A stretch of 64,000 bases of DNA, taken from positions 19,409 to 83,408 of the forward strand of contig JBOEGF010000063.1 in NCBI GenBank assembly GCA_050633305.1, read 5' to 3'. The notes under the pieces were generated by a model. The model did not search any database, had not been told where the DNA came from, and was given only the letters and a program-made list of their open reading frames with translations. Both the position numbers and the translations under genes were made by a program. Of this stretch, positions 39,874-48,493 are shown one piece after another. Numbering within the stretch: position 1 is the first letter of the stretch; each line of letters starts with the position of its first letter. This DNA is from Nannocystales bacterium (GTDB lineage: Bacteria > Myxococcota_A > Polyangia > Nannocystales > Nannocystaceae).

Positions 39874-40737
39874 TCACTTGTGACCATGGCCTTTGTCACC
39901 ATGGCTCGCTTCGCCGTGAAATCCAGCGTCCTTGGCGACTGCGAATGCTCGGGCCCAACTCGCGATCAAAGCCATCTCGTCCGGCGAAAGACTCCCAGGT
40001 GCAGACTTCGGCATCGTGGCCCCGCGTCCGGACTGCCCCAGCGAACGAAGGACCTCTTGGTCGATCTCGGCTGCGTGATGGCCCCCAAACGGATAGCTCG
40101 ACATGTCGAAGTGGGCCGCAGCCTTCTCGCTCCACTGCGCCCCACCCCGAGCATGGCAACCACCGCAGTGCTTCGCAAAAACCTCTTTCGCCGCCTTGTA
40201 CGTCGCGACCTCAGCGGCGACCTGCGGAGGCCGGGGTGCCGCGCGGGGTCGAGATGACCAGTGAATGTGCTCGATGAGGTACTGCGTGCCCTCGTAGCGC
40301 AGCACGAACGTGACGGTCCCCCTGCTCTCGATCTCGCGTCCGTCCTTCAGCTCGATGTCGTACTCGATCGGCAGCGTGACGGAGGCGAGCGAACGGTCGG
40401 TGCTGAGACTTACCTGCGGGTCTCCCGAGCGGATGTCGAACTCCGCAAACATCGCGACCTCCGGGCCGAGGTGATGTTCCCGATAGTGCGACCATGACCC
40501 CTCATCGCCTCCGGACTCGAACACGACCGACTCGTCCGTCACGAGCAGGGCCGCAGCATCGAGGTCGCCCGCCGCGTTCGCCTCAAGGTAGAGGCGAACC
40601 ACCGCGAACGGGTCATTCGTCGGCACAGTTGCGGTGACGGGCTCGGGACATCGGACTGCATCGCTCGAAGCCTGAGGCGCGCACGCCAACAACAACAGCG
40701 ACAGGGCGAGGGCGAGATGCGAACCTTGGGATCCCAT
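39874..40737 (-). CDS. SnoaL/NTF2-like domain fused to cytochrome c-like domain, lipoprotein
   Basis: Lipobox LLAC, FESGG..YREHHLGPE, HIHWSSR, then CGGCH and MP. His-rich tail. Confidence 0.75.
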   Translation of the reverse strand: MGSQGSHLALALSLLLLACAPQASSDAVRCPEPVTATVPTNDPFAVVRLYLEANAAGDLDAAALLVTDESVVFESGGDEGSWSHYREHHLGPEVAMFAEFDIRSGDPQVSLSTDRSLASVTLPIEYDIELKDGREIESRGTVTFVLRYEGTQYLIEHIHWSSRPRAAPRPPQVAAEVATYKAAKEVFAKHCGGCHARGGAQWSEKAAAHFDMSSYPFGGHHAAEIDQEVLRSLGQSGRGATMPKSAPGSLSPDEMALIASWARAFAVAKDAGFHGEASHGDKGHGHK

Positions 40738-40787
40738 GCGACGGCGAGGCTAGCACCTTGCGGATCCCGGGTTCGGAGCCACCCGGA

Positions 40788-41867
40788 CTACGGCACGATC
40801 ATCAGCGTGACCGAGTCGGTTACATCATTGCCGTCGCTGTCGCTCGCGGTCAGCGTGAAGGTGTGCTCGCCGACGACGCTCGGTGTCCACTCGAACATTC
40901 CACCGGACCCGATCGAGCCCTCTTCGCTCGAGGTCCAGGCCATCGATGCTCCCTCCAGGACTCCGTCTTCGGGATCGCTGGCCTCACCGATGAACGGAAT
41001 CGCGACCCCGACCGACCGGCTCTCCCCCTCTCCGGGGTGGTTGATCGACGCGACCGGCGACCCATCATCGCCCGACTCACTCGAGCCCTCGTCGGCCTCG
41101 CAAAGTTCCTGACACCCCTGCCCGTCCCGCGGCGCACCGCGTGCGATCCAGTCGTAGATCATCTGCTGCCCCTGATCGGAGAGTTCATAGGGCTCCTGGG
41201 GCATGGTCAACGACGGCACGTTGCTCTGATTCTTGGACGGAATGTCGAGGTTGCACACGTCGCCGACGATCTTTCGATACAGGTAGCTCGAGTCGGGGTC
41301 GCACGGCACGAGATATGCGGCGGGCTCGTCGTAGACCTCGCATTGCCACGCATCGAGCTCCAGCAAGCGCTCGTACAGCGGCATGTCCGGACATCCGGTC
41401 GCGTCGCCCTTGGTCGCGCCGCCATAAACCTCCGCGCCCAGGGGTGCGTCCTCGAGGGACAGCCACCCGCGGCAGTCTCGGTCAAACGTCGCCGCGTAGG
41501 CCGAGCGATCGTGGCAGCTGTTGTCCCCCCCACCGCAGCTGACTTGGAGGATCGGCACGATGTCCCGTTCGAAGGTGGGGAGCGCGTCGCAGGACGGCTC
41601 GCCGGTGCCGCCCTCGGATCCGGTTCCCGACTCGGCACCCGAGGTGCTCGGTCCCGAGGTTGGCGTGCCGGTTTGCGATCCTGCGGTGGCGTTGCTGGTG
41701 CCGGTGCCGGACGGGTTCGCGGTGTCGCTCGTAGACGGCGTCGCCTCGGTCGAGGACGCGGCGTCGGTGTCGGCGCCCGCATCGTCATCCGAGGTTGGGC
41801 ATCCGCTACTCAGAAGCATCAGGGCGGTCGCGGTCCAGCAGACGTGCCGTCGATTCCAAGGTCGCAT
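40788..41867 (-). CDS. Lipoprotein with cytochrome-like domain and C-terminal PKD/Ig-like domain
   Basis: FERDIVPIL..SCGGGDNSCH, DPDSSYLYRK, WIARGA, ASDPEDG..W.S..G.HTFTLTASDSDG. Confidence 0.7.
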   Translation of the reverse strand: MRPWNRRHVCWTATALMLLSSGCPTSDDDAGADTDAASSTEATPSTSDTANPSGTGTSNATAGSQTGTPTSGPSTSGAESGTGSEGGTGEPSCDALPTFERDIVPILQVSCGGGDNSCHDRSAYAATFDRDCRGWLSLEDAPLGAEVYGGATKGDATGCPDMPLYERLLELDAWQCEVYDEPAAYLVPCDPDSSYLYRKIVGDVCNLDIPSKNQSNVPSLTMPQEPYELSDQGQQMIYDWIARGAPRDGQGCQELCEADEGSSESGDDGSPVASINHPGEGESRSVGVAIPFIGEASDPEDGVLEGASMAWTSSEEGSIGSGGMFEWTPSVVGEHTFTLTASDSDGNDVTDSVTLMIVP

Positions 41868-41872
41868 GCCCA

Positions 41873-41902
41873 GGATTGGCCGTCCGGACTGCGCTTCATC
41901 AA
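41873..41902 (-). promoter_or_regulatory. Putative ECF sigma promoter
   Basis: TTGATG-N18-CAATCC-N5-ATG(41867). Confidence 0.7.
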
Positions 41903-41939
41903 CAAATCGTCAGGCCATCGCGAAATAACGCAGGGCGCT

Positions 41940-42341
41940 CTACCGCGGAGCGCCCTGCTCGATCCAGCCCAGGATTCGGGCCTCTTCAAGGTCCGTCAAC
42001 ACCACCGGAATCGGCTCCCCGTATCCCCCTGCCTCCAGATGCGTGCCCTTGAGCTTGAGCCAAACATAGCTTCGCTTCGGGTCGCCGGCGCGGATCCTGA
42101 CCATCGTCGGAAGCTGCGACGCTGGGACGCCGACCAGATTTTCGTACGCATGACCCGGATCGAGGAACAAGCCGCCGAACGCTTGCGTGCCCATGTGGCA
42201 GTCCGCGCACTTGGCATCCCACAGCGGCTGAAGATCGCGGTCATGCGACAGACGCGGGGCCGCCGGCTCGGCTGCGCAGCCGAGCATCAGGGCCAGCAGC
42301 ACCGCGGCCGGAGCCGCTCTAGAAACAGGATTCACAAGCAT
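41940..42341 (-). CDS. Planctomycete-type cytochrome c domain lipoprotein
   Basis: MLGC lipobox, DLQPLWDAKCADCH, GDPKRSYVWLKL, WIEQGA. Confidence 0.75.
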   Translation of the reverse strand: MLVNPVSRAAPAAVLLALMLGCAAEPAAPRLSHDRDLQPLWDAKCADCHMGTQAFGGLFLDPGHAYENLVGVPASQLPTMVRIRAGDPKRSYVWLKLKGTHLEAGGYGEPIPVVLTDLEEARILGWIEQGAPR

Positions 42342-42759
42342 CGAAGCTACACTCGTGCAGGACCGTACTGGCCGGCATGCCCCCACCGCAGTCCGTCTCG
42401 CAGGACTCAAGGGAATGCCCTTCGATGCGGCACTCCAGCACGCAGCGACAGGCGTCGAGGTCCAGACAGGCCAGCACGGGATCGCAGCACTCGCCCCCCA
42501 GGCATGTTTCGCAAGGCGTTGCTCCCAGCTCGGCGGAGCACAGTGGGGCTCCCGAAGAGCTCGAGCCGGAGCTCGAGCCGGAACCGGAACCCGCTTCGGT
42601 AGCCGCGTCCGTGGTGGTCCCCGTGTGTTCGCCGGTGGACGTCGAGGTCGCGTTGCCGGTGGACGAGGCAGGATGCTCCGCACCGATGGTGTAGCGGTCG
42701 TTGCACGCCGAAGCCAACAGACCGACCAGCAACCACGCCCACGATCGCCTCCGGGTCAT
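42319..42759 (-). CDS. Small Cys-rich lipoprotein
   Basis: LASAC lipobox, Thr/Ser linker, CETCLGGECC domain. ATGA-coupled to anti-sigma. Confidence 0.7.
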   Translation of the reverse strand: MTRRRSWAWLLVGLLASACNDRYTIGAEHPASSTGNATSTSTGEHTGTTTDAATEAGSGSGSSSGSSSSGAPLCSAELGATPCETCLGGECCDPVLACLDLDACRCVLECRIEGHSLESCETDCGGGMPASTVLHECSFDACESCF

Positions 42760-43505
42760 GGCGTGCCCTCGGCCTCTGCTCTACAGATCCCCAGCGCTCG
42801 CGTGCGCAGCGTGGTCTGCGGATGGGCGCGAAGAAAGGCCTCGACCACCCGACGTGCCGCCTTTGGTGCTCCGCGCTTGCAATGCACCTCGGCGGTTCGA
42901 ATCTGGCGTTCGGCGGATAGCGCCCCCCGGGGGAACCGACGCTTGTGCTCCGCCAGGGTCGCCAGGGCCTTCGAGAAGGCCTTGGTCTCCAGCTGGGTCG
43001 ACGCGCGACGCAGAAGCTTCATCTCCTCGGCGAGCGAGGAGGCCGGCGGCACCGGAGGCGATGTCGGCGGCGTGGCAGCGGCGACCTGCTTGGGGCGAGG
43101 CGGCGACCGCTTGGCGGCAACCGGGGCCGGCGACTCGGCACTTGGCACCTCGAGCCGAACTGGGGCCGCCCCCGGATCGGGGACCTGTGTCGGCTCTACC
43201 GCCTCGGGCTGGGGATCCGCGCTCGGCATCACAATGCGCGAGAGCATCGGGTCGGCCGTGTTCGGCGAGTCACCACCGCTCGTGCCCACGCCGAGGAGTG
43301 CGAGGACGACCGCACCGCCGACGAGGACGGCGAGCGCCACCTTCCCCCAAACGCCTGCCGACGATGCGCCTTCGGAGCCCAGCGGCCCAACATCGCCGAT
43401 CGCGATCCTCCCTTGAATCGCCTCCCACGCCTGGGCCTGCCGCGGCGCGCCCGGAGATTGCGCGCGGGAGAACCCGGCTAGAAGTTCTCGTGCTTCATCG
43501 TCCAC
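42756..43505 (-). CDS. Putative anti-sigma factor with TM and C-terminal TPR-like helices
   Basis: Overlaps sigma stop. One TM, Pro-rich linker, SLAEEMKLL..EHKRRFPRGAL..FLRAHP. Confidence 0.75.
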   Translation of the reverse strand: MDDEARELLAGFSRAQSPGAPRQAQAWEAIQGRIAIGDVGPLGSEGASSAGVWGKVALAVLVGGAVVLALLGVGTSGGDSPNTADPMLSRIVMPSADPQPEAVEPTQVPDPGAAPVRLEVPSAESPAPVAAKRSPPRPKQVAAATPPTSPPVPPASSLAEEMKLLRRASTQLETKAFSKALATLAEHKRRFPRGALSAERQIRTAEVHCKRGAPKAARRVVEAFLRAHPQTTLRTRALGICRAEAEGTP

Positions 43506-44055
43506 GGCGCTCTCCTTCCCGCTGCCCCTGAGCCTTGCGACGCTGCAACGCTTGGTCGAAGCGCTCGCGTGCCAATCGAAGCCGCGAGGTCGCGGTGTTC
43601 ACGTTGACGCCCAGGGTCGAGGCCACGTCCTTCGCCGAGAGGCCTTCGATGTCGGCCAGAAAGAACACGTCGCGTTGCGGCGGCGACAGGCCTTCGAGGA
43701 ACTCCGCCACCCAGGTGTTCGCCTCCCCCCGGGCGATCGCATCGTCGGGATCGACGGCCGAGACCGGTACCTCGTAGCGATCGAGCCGGCGACGAGCCCG
43801 GACCGCCCCGCGCTGGGTGGTGCTCGCCACCCGACGCGCGATCCCGTACAGCCATCCGCGGATGTGCGTGCGACCGTCGTAGTCCGGCAGGCGTCGATGC
43901 ACCACCACGAAGGTGTCTTGGGCAGCATCGTCGGCGGCAGCCTCGTCGAGTCCGAAATGGCGCATGGTTCTCCAGACGAAGGCGTAGTGGGCCTCGAAGA
44001 GCTCGCGAAGCGACGGCGCGCGTGCGGCTTGGGTCGCAGCGGACTCTCCTCCCAC
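43495..44055 (-). CDS. ECF RNA polymerase sigma factor
   Basis: DDAAQDTFVVV, WLYGIARR (region 2) and LGVNVNTATSRLRLAR (region 4). GTG start chosen from promoter geometry. Confidence 0.9.
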   Translation of the reverse strand: MGGESAATQAARAPSLRELFEAHYAFVWRTMRHFGLDEAAADDAAQDTFVVVHRRLPDYDGRTHIRGWLYGIARRVASTTQRGAVRARRRLDRYEVPVSAVDPDDAIARGEANTWVAEFLEGLSPPQRDVFFLADIEGLSAKDVASTLGVNVNTATSRLRLARERFDQALQRRKAQGQREGERRGR

Positions 44056-44060
44056 ACCCG

Positions 44061-44090
44061 GGATTGTCCACCCGAACCCCGGTTCATCAA
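44061..44090 (-). promoter_or_regulatory. Putative ECF sigma autoregulatory promoter
   Basis: TTGATG-N18-CAATCC-N5-GTG(44055), in frame with the sigma gene. Confidence 0.72.
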
Positions 44091-45049
44091 GGAAAACGAA
44101 GCTCAATTCCCAACTCGGCTCGAAACGCGACCGGACCCGCGCGATGCACCAGGCCTACATTGTCGACCTCAAACCGGGGCCGAAGCACCGGTAGCACCGC
44201 GCCTGCGCCCCCCCGGAGGGCAAACCGGGAGGCGAACGCCCAGTGCAGGCCCACATCGGCGGTGGGCGCAAACCAGGGGGCGACCGCCGAGCCCACCTCG
44301 TCATATCCACGGGCCCGAGCCCGAAATCGCCCCCCCTGGGCGCCGACGCAGAGCGGAACCCGAAGTGTTGCGCGTCCCAGCTCCCGGCATCCGCGAACCC
44401 CCGCCGCCCACAGTGTCGTCTGCACGGTGCCGGCACCGACCGAGGTGCGCTGGCCGAACAACGCGACCATCGGGACCTCGATCCGCCACGGACCGATCAG
44501 CAAGCTCCCGGTCAGATGCGGGCCGACGGCCGGACCTGCGGACGCCCCCACATCGAGCGCGGGCCCGAGTCGCAGCGCACCGAAGATCGCTCGACGTGGC
44601 GTGGGCGTAGGCGCGGGCTCCTCTGGGATGTTCGAGGGCGGATCTGGGGGCGGATCTGGTCTCACCGGCGGGACCTGCTCCTCCGGCACAGGGTCAATAG
44701 CATCGGGGACCGGATCGGCCGGCGCGGGCTCGCTCGTCAACAGCTCAGGATCGATCGCCACCGCAACCACGAACGCGGACGCAGTCGCCACCACATCGCA
44801 GGAATGATCCTGCAGGACCCGGTGCTCGGTGAGCTCCCCCACCGTCAGCTCCAGGTCCGCGGTCCAGCCGGCTTCGCCATGCTGCACCGTGACCCGGGCC
44901 CGCACGCTGTCCGCGTTCACGGTGGAGGACCGCAAAAACTCGGCCACCTGTGCCTGCACCGTCGCCTCATCTGGGCACTGCGGTGGTGCCTTCCACGTCA
45001 TGTCGACCTCCGACATGAGGAGCAGCGCCAGCGCAAGCGTAGAGCCCAT
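44087..45049 (-). CDS. Exported protein with probable C-terminal beta-barrel
   Basis: Signal peptide, WKAPPQCP N-domain, Pro linker, amphipathic strands ending GIELRFP. Confidence 0.65.
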   Translation of the reverse strand: MGSTLALALLLMSEVDMTWKAPPQCPDEATVQAQVAEFLRSSTVNADSVRARVTVQHGEAGWTADLELTVGELTEHRVLQDHSCDVVATASAFVVAVAIDPELLTSEPAPADPVPDAIDPVPEEQVPPVRPDPPPDPPSNIPEEPAPTPTPRRAIFGALRLGPALDVGASAGPAVGPHLTGSLLIGPWRIEVPMVALFGQRTSVGAGTVQTTLWAAGVRGCRELGRATLRVPLCVGAQGGRFRARARGYDEVGSAVAPWFAPTADVGLHWAFASRFALRGGAGAVLPVLRPRFEVDNVGLVHRAGPVAFRAELGIELRFP

Positions 45050-45105
45050 GCGGCCGGGAGCATACCGCGCGACGAGTTCATGGACGCGGTGCAGTTGCGT
45101 TCCAC

Positions 45106-46995
45106 CTACTCGAGCACGCGCACCAAAACCCCATCGGAGGGGATGTCGTCGACCATGAGGAACAGGATATACCAACCAACCGGAGCGATCGCAGGCTCAG
45201 CGGGGACCGTGAAGCTCAGGCCGCCCTCTGGCGAGACACGGAGTGGAAGCTCCAACCGACGAGGCACACCACCATCGACCCAGTGGGTCGTCGCGCCCGC
45301 GCCCACGAGAACAACCGCCGTTGGGGCCGCCGTTCGGCTGAACTGGGCGCTGATCGTCGCGCCGCGCTCGAGATCCGTGGTGGACAACGATTCCAGTCGC
45401 GGTCGCGGTCCCCGAAACAGGTAGGGCGGCTCGAACACATCGACGTCGTTGTTTGTTCCTGCACCCGAGGCTTGATCGCTCCCGCCGCTGGTGGTCATCA
45501 CCCTCCCGTCGGGCAGCAACAGCGTCAACGCGTGATACTCGCGCGGGATCAGCATCGGGGCGACCCCGCGCCAGCTGTCCTCCTCGGGGTCATAGAGGTC
45601 CGCGACTGCCACCGCCCGCCACGAGGGATCGAAATCAACATCGCGGCCACCTTCCCAGAACCCCCCCGCCGCCAGGAGCCGGCCATCGGGAAGGGCCACG
45701 ACCTCAGGCTGGCTTCGAATCACGGAAGGCGAAGCGGCCGTGGTCCATTGCCCGGACTCCGGAGCATATCGTTCCACCATACTCGACCCCGCCGCAGCCT
45801 CGACGCCAACGATCAGCGCAGAACCGTCGGCGAGCACGATCAGGCTGTGATCCGCGTGGTCAGGAAAGCCTCGGTTCGGTTGCACAAAAGTTCCGGTGGC
45901 AGCCCACTGCCCCGTCGACGGATCGAACAGCTGCGGCGGCGACCACGTGGCCAGCACTTGACCCGTATGGAGCAGCGCCGCGGGCGAGTACTCCGTCGGT
46001 TCCAGCATCGATCCGGTCGGAGTCCATGCCTCCGTGGCAAAGTCCAAAATCTCGCAGGTGTCGGTTCGAGCCGCGTCTGGAGGTTGTCCCCCGCCGCACG
46101 CCACAATGGTCTCATCGGAGAGACGGAACACGGTGGGGTACCAGCGGGGTTCGTTCAGGTCGGGGAGCTGCGTCCAGACGTTCGTGGCAGGGTCGTACGT
46201 CTTCACATAGGGGATCCCGTTCGTGAACGCACCGGGATCCGCGGGGTCTTGGCCACCGACGAAAAGGAGTCGACCATCGCTCAGGACGGTTTGCATGTGG
46301 CAGCCCTGCGACGTTTGGGAGAGCGCACCAAACGTCTTGCCGCCATCCTCGGGATCGATGATCACCGAGTCCTGCGTGTCATGACAGAACATGGCACGCC
46401 CGTCCGGCAAGAGCGTGCCCGAAGGCGTACCGGCGAAGAACTCCGGAGCCGTGTCCGAGATCGTCGTCCACGTGCCTTGCTCGGTTTCCGGTCCCAGCTG
46501 CAGGTCGAGCGTAGGGCAGGTTCCATCGACGACGACAGCCTCCTGCGCATACGCCCGCTGGCGAAGCGAGGCCCCAAGTTGGTACTGCCCGTTGGGCACC
46601 GCGAGGCTGAAGCTGCCGTCGGCCGCGCTTCGGGTCTCGAACACAGAAGAAAGATCGGCGGTGGCAACTGTGACTCGAGCGTCCTCGATGCCGAGACCGT
46701 CCGTGGTCGACACCGTTCCGGAAACCTGAGGCGTCGCGCAGATCGGGGCGCCGGTCTCGCTACCAGCGCTCGACTCCGATCCGTCCAGCGACGTTCCAAC
46801 CGTCTCGTCGCTCGCGCTGGTGGCCGCAGTTGAACTCGTCCCGCCTGTGGAGGCAGGCCCCGTGTTCCCGGTGGCCGAGGCCTCGCCACCGTCACTTTCT
46901 GTTGTGGCGACCCCGCCATCGCCGCATCCCATCGCGAGAGCGAGACCGAGACCAAACCGGCGAATGGGCTCGCTCCGTGTTTCTTTGCGCCGCAT
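45106..46995 (-). CDS. Galactose-oxidase-like kelch/DUF1929 lipoprotein with carboxypeptidase-regulatory-like domain
   Basis: Kelch repeats, RWYPT, REYHA, TTHW, and C-terminal APVGWYILFL..DIPS. Confidence 0.85.
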   Translation of the reverse strand: MRRKETRSEPIRRFGLGLALAMGCGDGGVATTESDGGEASATGNTGPASTGGTSSTAATSASDETVGTSLDGSESSAGSETGAPICATPQVSGTVSTTDGLGIEDARVTVATADLSSVFETRSAADGSFSLAVPNGQYQLGASLRQRAYAQEAVVVDGTCPTLDLQLGPETEQGTWTTISDTAPEFFAGTPSGTLLPDGRAMFCHDTQDSVIIDPEDGGKTFGALSQTSQGCHMQTVLSDGRLLFVGGQDPADPGAFTNGIPYVKTYDPATNVWTQLPDLNEPRWYPTVFRLSDETIVACGGGQPPDAARTDTCEILDFATEAWTPTGSMLEPTEYSPAALLHTGQVLATWSPPQLFDPSTGQWAATGTFVQPNRGFPDHADHSLIVLADGSALIVGVEAAAGSSMVERYAPESGQWTTAASPSVIRSQPEVVALPDGRLLAAGGFWEGGRDVDFDPSWRAVAVADLYDPEEDSWRGVAPMLIPREYHALTLLLPDGRVMTTSGGSDQASGAGTNNDVDVFEPPYLFRGPRPRLESLSTTDLERGATISAQFSRTAAPTAVVLVGAGATTHWVDGGVPRRLELPLRVSPEGGLSFTVPAEPAIAPVGWYILFLMVDDIPSDGVLVRVLE

Positions 46996-47000
46996 GTCAG

Positions 47001-47030
47001 GGATTGGCCACCGTCGGGCGAAGTCATCAA
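47001..47030 (-). promoter_or_regulatory. Putative ECF sigma promoter
   Basis: TTGATG-N18-CAATCC-N5-ATG(46995). Confidence 0.7.
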
Positions 47031-47166
47031 AGAATCCGGATTTTCACGGTTTCACGGGTCCCGAACTCGGCTGAAATCGCCTGAACGATTGCGTATCGGC
47101 ATCGGCATCGCTCCGGCTCGGAACCGCGGCCCCGGGGATGCGAGGCGCTGACAAGCTGTCCGACGC

Positions 47167-47736
47167 TCAGTTCCCCAAAGAACGCGCGTACTCGGCGACC
47201 GCGAGGATCTCTTCGGAACTGAGCTTCTTCCCGAATGCCTTCATCTTGGTCTTGGCGACGCCGCCGGTCACAATCCCGATCACGTCCTCGAGCGGCCGCG
47301 TCGTCTTCCACCCGGCTTCGGTCCAGTCGGGCATCTTGTGGTGTGCCTTGCCTTTTGGCTTGCCGTCGCCCTTTGGGCCGTGGCACGTCTTGCATTTCTT
47401 CGAGAAGATCGCCTTTCCATCGGGCTTGTCCGCGTCGGTCGGCTTGTCCGCGTCGGTCGGCTTGTCCGCATCGATCGGCTTGCCCGCGTCGGTCGGCTTG
47501 CCCGCATCGGTCGGCTTGCCCGTATCCGTCGGCTTGCCCGTATCCGTCGGCTTGCCCGCATCCGTCGGCTTCTTTTCGGGCTTGGCCGTCGAGGCTTCCT
47601 TGGCCGGCCCCTCCCCGCCTGATTTCGCGCCGCCGGTGGTCTCCCCCGAATCACACGCGAGCAGGACAGTGAGGACAATCCACGTCGACGCGAACCTACT
47701 GATGCAGCCCTTCTTCAAAACGCTATCCGCCATCAC
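47167..47736 (-). CDS. Cytochrome c lipoprotein with PTDAGK repeats
   Basis: LLAC lipobox, CKTCHG, MKAF. Confidence 0.85.
   Translation of the reverse strand: MMADSVLKKGCISRFASTWIVLTVLLACDSGETTGGAKSGGEGPAKEASTAKPEKKPTDAGKPTDTGKPTDTGKPTDAGKPTDAGKPIDADKPTDADKPTDADKPDGKAIFSKKCKTCHGPKGDGKPKGKAHHKMPDWTEAGWKTTRPLEDVIGIVTGGVAKTKMKAFGKKLSSEEILAVAEYARSLGN
47423..47571 (-). repeat. 18-bp tandem repeat, 8 copies, coding
   Basis: Encodes P(T/I)D(A/T)(G/D)K eight times. Confidence 0.9.
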
Positions 47737-47853
47737 GGCAAACCGTAGGCGGGCCGCCTGCGCCGGGCAAGTCTGATCTTGTAACCCTGGGAGACACTGC
47801 GCGGTGCGCTGACCGGCGACAACGACAGTCGCCGCCGCGTCGCCGACCGTATT

Positions 47854-48378
47854 CTACTCGGGCATCCAAGAATGCACGCTCGCGCCCTCACCGAGCTCGA
47901 CCGCGACCTCCAGGGGCGTCGCAGCCTCGGCGTCGTTCTTCCACAAGACTGAGAATACGCCATCGTCGGGAGCGGTGAATTCGATGGTTCCGTCCCTGGA
48001 TGAGCCCTCATCGTGGATGTTCGTGCCGCCACCGTGAGCATGACTATGGACGTTCCACGTCACGGCACCGCCCGCCGAGGAGAAGACGACTCGGACCGTC
48101 GCGCCCTTGCGGAGCGTCATGTTCAGCTCGGCGAATTTCCCCACCGCGACCTCGAAGTTGCGCTCGGTGGCCAACGCCGCTGTTGGCTGCTCGGATACCT
48201 CGCCGCCGCACGCCCCCTCCGCGTGGTTGCCACAAGAATGCTCTTCGGCCGCCGCTGACTCTTGAACCGTGGGCGACGGGACTTCGGTAGAGGGCGTCGC
48301 CTGGCCGCTGCGGCATCCTGAGAGGGTGCCAGCGGCGGAGAGGCCGGCCAATACAGCCACAATCGTATCGCGATGCAT
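47854..48378 (-). CDS. Hypothetical His/Cys lipoprotein
   Basis: LSGC lipobox, HSCGNHAEGACGG, WNVHSHAH beta-sandwich-like domain. Confidence 0.65.
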   Translation of the reverse strand: MHRDTIVAVLAGLSAAGTLSGCRSGQATPSTEVPSPTVQESAAAEEHSCGNHAEGACGGEVSEQPTAALATERNFEVAVGKFAELNMTLRKGATVRVVFSSAGGAVTWNVHSHAHGGGTNIHDEGSSRDGTIEFTAPDDGVFSVLWKNDAEAATPLEVAVELGEGASVHSWMPE

Positions 48379-48493
48379 GCGGCAGCCTCGCTTCGATCGG
48401 TCGCGGCGGTCAAGCCCCCGGCGCAATTCTTGGCGAGTGACCGACTCGGACACAAGCACTCGCGGACTTGATCCAGGTCCCGAAGCGACGTGG

